Assembly (NCBI GenBank): GCA_977030845.1
Contig: OZ365109.1
Coordinates: 56,978,001-57,042,000, forward strand
Origin: Fimbriosthenelais zetlandica
Taxonomy: Eukaryota
Direction: 5' to 3'
DNA length: 64,000 nucleotides
Each line of letters begins with the position of its first letter. Positions within the stretch are counted from its first letter, which is position 1. This document shows, piece by piece, positions 25,701 to 37,700 of this stretch. The translations under genes were made by a program, and so were the position numbers. A model generated the notes under the pieces. It saw nothing but the letters and a program-made list of their open reading frames with translations, did no database searches and was not told where the DNA came from.

Positions 25701-28700
25701 TACCAGTGGCGCGTAAACTTTACTGTTGGTGAGAAATATGTCACTGTCATCGCTAAAAATGAAGTGTCCCAAGTTAAACGTACGGCAGTGGTGGAGGTCG
25801 TGGAACCCGTGCACCCGTCAGTCAGTTTAACCTATGAGGTAGCGGTTCAGGGTGAGAAGGTCATCTTTAAATCTCTACTTGGAGTAGGAAGTAAGTGAAA
25901 TTTATTTTTTAACTTAGATACAAATAATTCCTTTCTAGATATTACTTATTTGAGAATTTAACATATTTTAAATACATAGAGCTTAGTTTGTAAATAATTA
26001 TGATGTTGGTTTTATGAGTGCATGTATCTTTATTTTCCCTTGAAATTGGAAATTCCCAAACATGTTTGGATGCATTTTTTTCATTGATTTTGGAAGGAAA
26101 AGTTTTCAAGTAACAGAAATTGTAGATTTCTTGGAGTTTTGAAATCCTCTTGCTGTTCTTTGATCTTGGAGCGTTATTTGACGAAGTGAGAAAAGATGTT
26201 TGATTTGATTTCAGCCTTTTCACGTATAAAAACAGGGTTTCTCTTTTTCGTCTGAGTCTTGTTAATCTTTAAAAAAAAACATGTAATTCTGATCCAGTTC
26301 ATAAGTCTCTTGCACTTGTACATGATTTGCACATTTTTTCGAGAGGTGGCGCTGGATGCTCTGAGATTCACTCAAGAGGGGCAATGGTCAGAGGCCATCT
26401 TGACCAAGTATGGGCTAATCCTAGCAGCAACAACTTATTTGAAAATTAGATGACAGGAGAAATTAGATTTCAGGCACATTTAGAAGACATTCATCAGCCA
26501 GCAGGAATGTGCAAGTGTGACCTAATTTGTTAGCGCATAGGGAAGGCAATGTTGGCCGAGCAATCTCAGCTTTCAGGGAATTCAATAAGAGGAGAAAAGT
26601 TCGGGGATACGATGAATGGAGGGAACGGGGAAGATAGGGCTCGTTTGGGGCCAGCTCCGCCAAGGATTCCCCTTGGCAATCAATGGAGTGACCACCCCTG
26701 AATGCCTAACATCCGTGTGCATCAGACAGCAATGAAAATAAATGTAGGAGATAAAGGCATGGCTTATGCAGAAAATTTGGGGGAATAACTTCAGCATGTT
26801 GAATAAAAGCATTTATGACACGATGGCAGTGTGGTCGAACAAGGAGCCTGCACCGTTATGGCGAATACATCGGAACCTATCAGAAATTATGTAACATGTA
26901 GAGATTAGATTGTCAAGGTGGGTGAAAGAAAGGTTGTCATTGGTCTGGTCATATGGATAGCCTCCAATGGATCACTTGCGGAATGGGACTTGATTTGATG
27001 TGTAAAATTATATCTGGAAGGACATTGTGGATCGATAAAGTCCGGCAGAAATGTTGTTAGCGGCTCCCACTCCGGTCCAGCAGATGATACTCGGGCTACA
27101 AGGCTGGGAGACTTCCGATAACCGTTCACAAATGGAACATGAATAAGCACTGGTCTTCTCGGACCATTTGATTTGCCAAGCCTTACTTCAGTGCACAGCA
27201 ATTCTTCCCACTGTGAGTGAATGAGAAGTGGAAACATTAGTCCATTGATCAGAATGTTTTATGGGATACAAAGTATTAACACAGACACATGAAGTGAACT
27301 TTCCTCGTCGAATAAAGTAGATTTTGCCTCTTATTCATAGATGATATATGCAGAGGAGAAGAATGTTCGCTCCAATCATCATTGCACTTCTTTCATGTGT
27401 CTACACTAAGATCCAGCTTTTACAGTTAAAGTACATAGAAATATTGTTTACAGAGAGTAATTGTTACTGAGCTCTCTCAAAAAAGCTAACTTTGAACTTT
27501 CTGGTGGGTAAAAAAAATGTCACTCAAGTTAGCACCATGAAATTTACTGATATGAAGTTATATTATCGAAATAACCCTTTATTAGAGGAGAGGAAAATCT
27601 TTGCTTGTTGCACCATCTCCATACACAGCCAGCTGTTACAATATTTAGGGGCAAATTTTGTGGCCAATATTTTAGTTAGAAAATTTAGACGTCCGCTCCA
27701 AAATCCATAGAAGTCCGCCATATTTTCGTCATTAAATGTCTGGGGGACAGCCGGACTCCTATAGCCAGTGTCTCCTGGGAGTCCGTCATCATTTTTAGGA
27801 GTCAGGTGCTCACGGACTCCCGTAGAAATCGACCCCTGGTATAGGATATGAAAAGTTGGTTCCAATTTGCTTTGGATGGACAGCATTATTTTCTTGCCAA
27901 ATTGGATGCTTTGATGGAAATTCATGAAGTTAAATGATCATATTTCCCACTCCAGGCATCCTTTTTATCAAAGGTCATAAAAAAGTAAAGTTTACAGCCT
28001 GACTCTCCGCTCAGTCATGCAACACCATAAAGATTCTGAAATTGCATAATGGGGAACACTACCTTTCCAACAAGGGCCGGCTGGTTAGGACCTCAGAGTC
28101 GTAAAAAACATGCGGCGGGCAGAGAGAGGAGATTAAAACCTGGTTAAAGACGAACAAGGAAGGAGGAGCGAGGCAGACGTCGAGTTAATATTGCAGTTTC
28201 TAGTGTCTACCTTTTGTTCTTCATCACCATTTCAGACTCTCCTTGGACAGACATGTTACCTTCATAGCTCTTAGCCTCCCACGTAAAATACACTGCCCTC
28301 ATGTCATAGCCAATCAGTGGCCAGATGACAATTACAAACAGGAGCATGGCCATGATTAGTACATTTCATAGCCATACGAGCCAATCAATTAGGGGCTGGC
28401 AACTCGGACATATGGGGTGGGGCAAAGCTGGCGTTTTGATGTTGTTCTCAAGTCTCTCCTTTGAGATGTAATCCACGTTGTTGTGGCCTTGTTAATGGGC
28501 AAAGGGCCTCCAATGGTTTTGTTGTGGTTGCGAAGAAGAAAGTCAGAGGGGCAGCAGGGTTGGCCTATGTCCTCCAAGCTTCTAATTGAGTTGATGGGGG
28601 AAGATAAGGAAACGGGTCCTTCATTGAGAAGCGGAGTCAAGTAACAGCCTAGTGGATTGCGGAAACAGCCCTGACCCATGTGGCACTCTGAGAGTGCTGC

Positions 28701-31700
28701 ATTGTAGAATTGAATGAGGCTCAGTCGTCGAGGGGAGCACCTGGGTAGAGGAAGAGGCTTCTTAAGGGGATAATTGGTTTCGATGCAAAAGGAAAATTGA
28801 AGGCAAATTTTGTTGACGGATTGGAATTGGCAGATGGAGGAAAAATTCAAGATCGTTCAACAATGATTCATATTAATGGAGGGAATTGGTGCTCTTAATT
28901 TCCTTTCAATGAAAGCTCTCCTTTTAAATTAAAAAGATGATGAATAATACCACTTTTAGTAGAAAACCTTGAAGATTTTGCTAATTTTCAATGCAACCAT
29001 GCATACTCGAATGGGTGCCATCCATTCTAGCATTTGACCTTCGTTCGTTAGATTGATGCTCTTATATTTGATCTTATCTCAACGGCTCGAATGTCTCTAT
29101 GGTCCAATAGCTTGCTTGGGGCCAACAGGCCCTGGGATATCGGTGGTATTTAAAGAAACTCTTTAACAACGCTTAGTACGTGCTCCCTGAATAATCCACC
29201 ACCTTTGTTAAAGTCCATGAGAAGGTCCTTTTCTGTAAGGGACCCCCTGCTTGGTGGAATAGATCCTCCCCTGCATATCAGATTCAGTGGCGCATGACAT
29301 TTAGATATATGAAAGCATTGTGTGACAAAAAGCTTGTATTTCTGACCAGCCCAGAGTTTGAAGTTGAATCATGACCATTGCTTCCTCCGATGGTCATACT
29401 GTTATCAGAAGGACCATTCTCCCTCTGACCGATAGTTGAGGAGGCTGACTGCCTTCTATCACTGGGCCCATCCAAGAGACAATTTAACTTCTATAGCCGA
29501 CTAGCCCCCTCGGGACCCAAGATAAGGATGGGGTGTTTTGCCACTGAGGTCCTCAGATAGGCCCTTGTAGGGGACTGACCGTAGGACATCTACTTAATCA
29601 TACTCTTAGTCCGTTTTCCCACCTAATTTCCCTATCACTTTAGACCTCTATTCTTGTGACTTGCCACCATTAATATTCTCAACACATGCGAAGATTTTAT
29701 ACTATTTGCTGAGCTAACATCGCATGGCCGAGGAACTTTGGTTGGTCGCTTACAATAGAATCATTTATTTCTGTGGGCTCGTAGAAATAAAAAGACAATG
29801 AAGATATTTTTGTGAGCCGTTGGGGACCTGGCACCCTCCAATTCAGAGCGAGGCTATAATCCGTAAATCAACAGTGAAGAGGTATTGAGAAGTGGAGGTT
29901 TTCTCCAAGTCTGCCTAATGTTTGCCCTCGTGAGAGGCATTTGAAGCCATTTGGAGCTCACCAGCGATAACCTTATGTATGCCACAGACCCCCTAGAAGG
30001 ATCACAAGGGGAAGAGTGTTGTAAGGGTCCCTTTCAGGCAAGTAACCCCTCCGTTATTGCATCCACCAGTGCCCTTCCTATTGGCCACACTGGACCATTC
30101 TGTGCTCTCTATCTTTGCCCCATCCCTCCTGTCCCCTAAATCTGGCCCTTCATCTATCACTCTGAATGATGTTATGTCCTTATGACCCTATCATTTCCCA
30201 GCTTCCACGGGTATTTATCCATGTTCTACCTCTACCTCCATTGCCTTTTCCCTGTGCTCTCACCCAATAGTCTAATCCACTTAGTGTTTTCTCCCTGCTA
30301 CAAAAAGGCGCATCTGGACTCGGGTGTTTTGCTGAAAATTACAAAAAGGAAGCAGAAGTTGGAAGGACTTCTCAGCTTTTTCATCGTAGATTCTTATTAG
30401 AAAGAAGATCAGCGACAGCACGTGTTTTGTTTGCGTTATTGGAAATCCTAGAAATAGGGATTGGTTTCTACGAGGCTTAGGTGATATCTTGTGGACGCTG
30501 TCCATAGGGAATGGAGTACCTTTGCAAGCAGAGGGCGAAAAATAAAATCAATACACCCATCTCAAGATTAATCTCGGCTGCGTCTCCATAGCATGAAAGC
30601 AGTCGGCAGTGGTGGCATCTAAATTACCCTCCCTTCATTCACCATGCATTATACTCCATGGGCCAGAGGAACTAGGTTCTCCATTCAACTTTGAGCCAGA
30701 GAGGAAAGCTGATCTCCTGAAAGCCCTTTTCTAGGACTGCCACTTGTAGAGCATTGTGTGCCTTGGCTCCTGCAGGATGGGCCGAGTCAGACAGGGCTCT
30801 AACCTCTTTGGCTGTTGCCGACTTGAGAGGTAAAAACCCTGCACTCTTGGAGGAAACCGCAACTTGATTGAATCTTGCAAGCCTAGTCAGGCCACTCCAC
30901 TTCAACAAAGGGAGAAACTCTCGCTCATGTAATTTTCATATACGTCACAGGGGTGCCTAACAAAATAATACTTTGAGTGGGATACCATTTATGGACAGAA
31001 GGCTCCAATTCTCTGCCCTTGTTAAGCAAAACAGGTCAAGTTCCCTCTGGCTTGATTTAGAGATTTGAACCATGTTTCGACAGTCATTCTATTCTTACAG
31101 TAATGCCTAATTGATACGCAGGCTACTGAAGTGTTATAGAAATAGATGTATCCCAGTGATTACTCAATGTGAAAGGGCTCCAATATGATATAAAAGATAT
31201 ATTAGTTGCAGTGGACATCTATAGAATGTACAAATGCATGATCATATTACCACTGGAAAGATCTCTTGAATCCTTACACAAATACCATTGGGACCCGTGC
31301 AATGATTTGATATTGTTAGACTGCCCTTGACCCGACTGTTTGTTGTTGGCATATCATGAATCCAATGGGCGTGTCCAGCAACTATCCATCCAACAGAAAC
31401 GAACCAATATGAGAAAAGCAGATTTATTGTCCACGTGGCACCAAGGCGATAGGGAACCTCTCCACTGCAAATTTCCTCAGGGCATGCGATTGGCTACTTT
31501 TTGGCAGACCTGCATTCAATTCAGCCTCTGCATGCAATTGGTTTAGAATTGGTTGTGGCACATATATGGGCTGTTTTGATTGCAAGACTATTTTTCTTTA
31601 TGTAAATGTAGCTGGAGTCCTCATATCATTTAAGGATACGCTGGCTGAAAGCAAATACGACCTATCAACTTCGGTACATAATGGTCTTTTCGTGTGCTTT

Positions 31701-34700
31701 CCTTTGGCAAATTTATTGCCTTCAAGAATCCCTGGGATATTACTTGAGTGTCTTATATCCATAAGAAAGTGGTTGTCTTCAAAACTTTGGGAATAGTAGT
31801 ATCTGAAAGGTCATATATGATGAGAAAGTACTGCATGCCGTATATATAATATATATGGTACTGTATGCTTTTAGCTGGTATAATGATAAAACTGTTATTG
31901 TTTTTCAACATTGATCAGGTTTTATGAAGCATTTTAGTCATGCAACTTCTGGCATCCAAATTCTGTAAGCCTTTCTGGAATACCTATATACAAAATCAAA
32001 GCTTGTGCCAGTTTCAAGACACACCAACCCTGATAGGCTTTCTCAGCAATTACTCTACACTTTAGCCGGATTCTAGACAAGATACATTTGGCTGAGCCCA
32101 TGCTTAAAACGAGCCAGTGATGGCAACATCTGGTTCAAAAGGCTCCTAGATGCCAAAAGTAGTAGGTGGCCAGATCAGAGTCCTTTCCCCCACCTCCCAG
32201 GCTGGCCCCTGCTACTAGATATTCATAGTAAAGAGAAGGTGGTGAAGTACTTAAGGAAGCTTGTTTGATCCTACTTGCTAAGTTAGGATGGCTATGAGGA
32301 GCTCTCAAGAACACACTAAGTGGACCGTCATTTATGGTGGGATGTTGAACTCTCGGCTGCCAGGAGGTTTGGATTAGCCTCAATGTCCGGTGTTCCCACC
32401 AGCTACAATCTAGCTTGATCTAGGACTGTAGTCTAGGTGCTTGGGGATCCATCCGTCTCCTCATATCAACATGTCGCCACCCTTTCTCAGCCCACCACTA
32501 CTTGCTGAGTCTACCCCACACACCCCTTTTTCCCTCACCACCCCGCCTTATCCACCATGGCCACCCTGACTTCGGACCATCCCGATCCCTTATGACCAAT
32601 TTTGCAGGGTTTTGACGATCGCCAAGCTCCCCAAGCGTTCAAATCACGTACCTCCAACGCCTTCCCTTCGCCTCTAAGATATCCCCACTCTCCCACAAAA
32701 TTGGGTCGGTCAGATTACATATTAATTACTAGATTTCCTCTGATGGCAACTTGAAGGTACAGCTTTTGACCGTGCCCTGTATATGTTCCGTATTGCTGGC
32801 ATGTTCAACACACAAGCTACCTGATACCACATATTGGCTCGCAGTCGTTCAAGACTTGGATGTCTACATGCAATCTGTAGTTGCATACCCAGAACCATTT
32901 CAATACCAGATACTATTCACAATGCCACCTCAAAATTCATCCTTCATGTAATATATGAGAGAAAAAGGCCTTATCTCGTTCGAATTGGTCTCTCTAACTG
33001 CGACAGATTTAATACCGAGAATATCTGGTTGTTCCAGCTGGGACCAAAGTCAGCATGAGAACAAAATGCCCCTCAAGTATCGTTAAGGGTGGTTAATGGC
33101 TTTGAGGGAAGGGTAGGCTGCTCACGAGGACGCCACGGCGACATGGCTTGCATGGTTAAAGAGTTAGGTATTACTGTCTCTAACAAGGCTTTCCACGAGG
33201 AAGAGGAATAGTGGGATGCTGCTATAGACGAGAGAAAGTTAAGTAAAAACTACAATAGCCAGATGGACATTGTTTAATACGTTAGATGGCGGATCACAAG
33301 GCAGTCATGGCTGGCATGGCTACTGATTAGTTACCATTGTAGCTGACAGAAGGCAATGGCAGCAGACAGGATCTTATGACCTTTAGGTTAATGTAAATTA
33401 TATGATAGTTTGGACATGGCTTCCGCCATATCTACTGCCTTATTAGGCACATTCCCTCAGAACACACCCACTGCCACAAAATTATATCCAGGAAAGTTGG
33501 ACATCCATGTTCTCTCTGCCTCGTCAGGGATTATTTGTGCAAATTTCTACCCTGACACTTAAGTATAGGTGTAGTGGACGGGTTTTAGTACAATAGGCTT
33601 TAGCTATCGACCGACCTAAAAGCCCCGGCCCCACTCGCTTTTGGCTGAGAACCAGAAGTTCACTCCATGGGGATACAAATGGGTATTGAGGATAGTGAAA
33701 GTAATGGGAGAATTTATCCTTCAATGGTTGGCTATTTGGCAGCGGATGGTCTATGGGTTAAGGCCTTTCTGTTTTGAGAGGTGCCAAAAATGTTGAAGTG
33801 AATAGATTTATGGCTGTAAGACATGATGAATTGTTGTTTAGGACACTTGGGTGGGGCATGGAGGTCAATGCAACACAGGGTTCCCGCGTGGCATTAAAAT
33901 GTCTTAAATTGGTTGTGACAAATTTAAGGCCTTAAAAAGTCTTAAATTTGTTGACGTCACTTCCGACGATATTACTAACGATTTTTCAATGATTTAACTG
34001 GCAATTTTTTCGACTATCCATTGTCAGAAAGTGTGTATTTTAGGTCTTAAAAACGAAGATCATAGGTCTTAAAAAGTTTTAAATTTTATCCTCTCCAAAC
34101 CGCGAGAACCCTGCAACAGATCTCGACAACCTTCTGAACTACTAGTGGAAGTTTTGAATCCTGTCTTTATCACTGCTTATAAACCTCCATGAAAGTCATT
34201 CCCAAATCATCTTAATATTAAGTTTCTCGTAGTGAACTACTATGTCGGAGCAAATTACTTTGAAGCAAAGAACAAAAGGTTAGGAAATTCCAGCATCGAT
34301 ATGATATGGACCAAAACCTAAAAGCTTTGAGGTATGTCTACTTCACAGTATTGACAAAGAGGAGTCGGCCTTCCGTACCCGTGGCCCTTTTTTCTACTGG
34401 TGACCCGGCAAGTCCCGGGCGCCGTCTTAGGAATTTGCTATATTAAGTTAGTGATGTGGCTGGGAGTGACCGGTACAAATCGACACCAACTCTTGGCCTC
34501 TGAGAAAGCCATGCAGTGGGATAATGTATGTCAGGAAAAGGTTGCCTGCCCTTGACCATGATTTGCCCACGTGAGGGCGCTCCCATCAGACACTGCGCCA
34601 CCTCGAGTGACACACCGCTGGCTCGTGCCGCCTCAGGTGACATCTGTCACCCGAGTTTCCGTACTTATAAAAGGGGAAAGTTCAGCGGAGGTAGTGTTTT

Positions 34701-37700
34701 ACTCAGAATACATGTAAAGACTGAGGCAAGACCCATTAGTTACCCATGAGTTAGCCCAACTCTATCCTGCTCTCTGCTTCTTCAATAATCCGCCGGGTCT
34801 TAGAATCTTTCCCACACAATGAGGACTTGCAGTTTGGACCTTCAAAATCAATCAATTTTAAGTAAAACTTAAATTGAATTGATCAAACCTTTTCAGGGTG
34901 TTCTTTGTGCATGGTCTGAGGGTTGAACATTAGTTACGATGCCTGTTGCTTAAAAGCATTTACTTCTCCAGTCACTTGATTGTTTACTTTGTGAACAATG
35001 TATTTGCCTCTGCCATAAATATTTTTAAATGACATTATGATGAAAAACATTAATTTGGCTATCTGCCAGGAATAGCATTGAATTTGTGCCTTAATATTTC
35101 CGTACTACTTTGTCTATATAGTTCTTTTCTAAAATTAATTGTAATTTAAAAAGTATCTATCAAGATGTGTATTGTTGTATTCTATTTTGTGATTGATATA
35201 ATCGTTGTTTTGTAATCAGTTTCTTGTTTTCCTTATTCAGACCAGCTGTCTAATCGCAGTGACTTACTTTATACTTGGACTGTGGAACAAGTGAACACCT
35301 ACCTAACTGTACCAGTCTTCGATTATATGTTTGAAAAGCCTGAGGATGAAGATTCATCTAACATGCGTGTCAGAGTCGCTGTTGAAGTTAGTAATAGAGG
35401 TATGCTAAAAATATTTTATGAATAGGCCTATCTTTATTATCTCTGTTATGAACTTGTTCACATATAATTATAATTATGTGTTTAAGCACGCATAGCAACA
35501 AAAATTAGTATTTAATGTCTGTTAAAATGCTGAACATTTATGTGAACCCTTATGAAACTTATATAGGTAAAACATAATGGGCATTCTTGGGCATATTATT
35601 TCAATAAAAAATGTTGATGTGAAAATACATTTGATATTCCCTCATTATACTAGATAATCTGTTGATCCCTTCCGTGATATTGCATCCAATTTTGATTGCA
35701 TGTTGTTTCATTAGAGAATTGCCAACTAAAATAATGTGGCAATAATTGCTGATGCATCTGCAAAATAGTTCAGGATAGACTTCAAGGAATTAACAAAAGG
35801 GAAACACATCAAATACACTGGTCTAGTTTAATTGATTTGGTAATTTGCCTCTACACGTAATACTTCCTTTAATTGATGAATCTACACTAATTGATTGATG
35901 TGATAGGCCACACATTGGATTAGAAGATTTTACCCCCAGCAAAGTCTCAGTTGTAATCTCAACTTTCTCTTACTCAGGATGAATTATCAATTTTTCTCCC
36001 AACAAACTCTTATTTGGATGTTGCATTTCTCTCTTGTACACTTTCAAAGGCTGATATAAATTTTAGCAATTATCTAATGTAAAAGGCTAATGCATTGCCA
36101 TGACTATATCTGGTATGTTTGAAACGTTATATACAACATTTACATGCATGCACGCTTGCTGAAGTCTAATACACATTCCTTGAAATTTCAGTTTGTGAAA
36201 TTGGCCAATGCCCAAACCAATCGCAGTTGTTTGTAATTGAATCACAGTCACAGAGATTGAGGTTCATTCAGGGTGCCGTGTGGGAATTCCCGTTTCCAGT
36301 CCAATTCTCCATTGTGGTAAGTGTTAGAAAACCAGTCTTTTTATTGGCATCCAGATTATATGGAAGGGACTAAATGTGTACACATGTTGATATGAGAAGA
36401 CTCGATTATTAGGGAATTTTGTCTTTCCTTGTGGGGTCTTCATAATTCGGCTCTATTCTTTCTGTACATAGAATTTACCTGATGATTGCGAGAAGGTAAA
36501 GATTGATTTCGTCAAGACTGGAACGTATGAATACACGTTTGAATGCAATGCAACCTCAAGTCTGACTCCTTTTAACCGGACTCACAACTACAGTGCCCCT
36601 GGTGTATATGACGTAGAAGCCGTTGTAAGTTCAATTGGTAAAGTCAAAACCGAAACCATTCGTACCATCGTCACCGTGCAAGAGCGAATAAAAGAGCTTC
36701 GACTCGAGGGTCCTAAAGCCGTACCCGTCAGAGAGTAAGTGTTCCTTTAAACACTTGAACTTAAATCAGTCACCTAAAATGAACCTCGAAATACCAATTA
36801 TAGTCGCAATAAGTGCATTGTCATGTGTATTTTGAATTTTTCTTGTGATATTCTTGTTGGTGGAAAAGCAATCAAATACCTTCTTTTTAGAAATTACATG
36901 CCGCTTATGCATTGAATCATTTTCAATGTTTCTTTAATTGTTTCGCTTTCCATATTGAATGTGGAATGATTATACAGGGGTGGATATGAATGCAAAGAAA
37001 TCTTCCTTTCATTTTTCTTTTCAGACTATCACCTGAGTATGAGTGGAAGGTGCTGGCAACCAAGGGTTCACACATGCTCTATGAATGGTACCTCGATGGG
37101 GAACTCATCCTACGGACACCCAGACCAAAGGTACTTCAACAACTTATTTTTATCAGTCATTTGTACAAATTATGGGGAAAAGATTTAAATGACGTTAATT
37201 GCATCTAAGAGCTCAGGATATTTTCTCCTTAGCATAAACCATTTGTTTATCTGTTCCTGAAATCCTGGTTCAACAGAATAACAATTGGAGTAAGTCTATG
37301 TAGTAAGACATCCACTTCCCTTAAGTGTTAGCCTGTATGTAATACAATTTTAACCATTTGACCTCACCCAGCACCCCCATGTCTCTGTCCCATACACCTC
37401 CATGTCTCTGTCCTCTCTCACTATAACGTTCCTTAAAGTAGACCCAATTGCTGAGTTCTCGGCCTTGGCCTATGAAATGTGAGCAGATTTCACCGCTTGT
37501 GCAATAATCACTGTTAAGTACGCTTAACAGGTTATTACATTAAGGGTAACGAGCATAACATCAGCTGAGATGGGTGTGGCCCGCATCATTCTTGTATGAC
37601 TTCTAATCCCATTGTTCTTACTTCAGCCATGCATTCACTGCTTCAGCAACTCAATATGCTGGAATCCATCTTGGAATTTCATTGTCTTCCAGGGCCGCGG

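Noticed and set aside
24501-25814. Minus-strand ORFs 24501-24845, 25271-25471 and 25602-25814 (likewise 4735-5103, 43937-44137, 54621-54830, 58456-58689)
   Set aside because: They are antisense shadows of real PKD exons.
24549-25898. ORF-track starts and stops (e.g. 449-aa ORF; also 42915, 43835, 46667, 48706, 49949) as stand-alone genes
   Set aside because: They are read-through into introns; the AG/GT sites and phase matching define the true exon limits.
25942-26300. Minus-strand ORF as a LINE 3' end
   Set aside because: The resemblance is vague, with no diagnostic RT or zinc-knuckle motif; it may be AT-rich noise.
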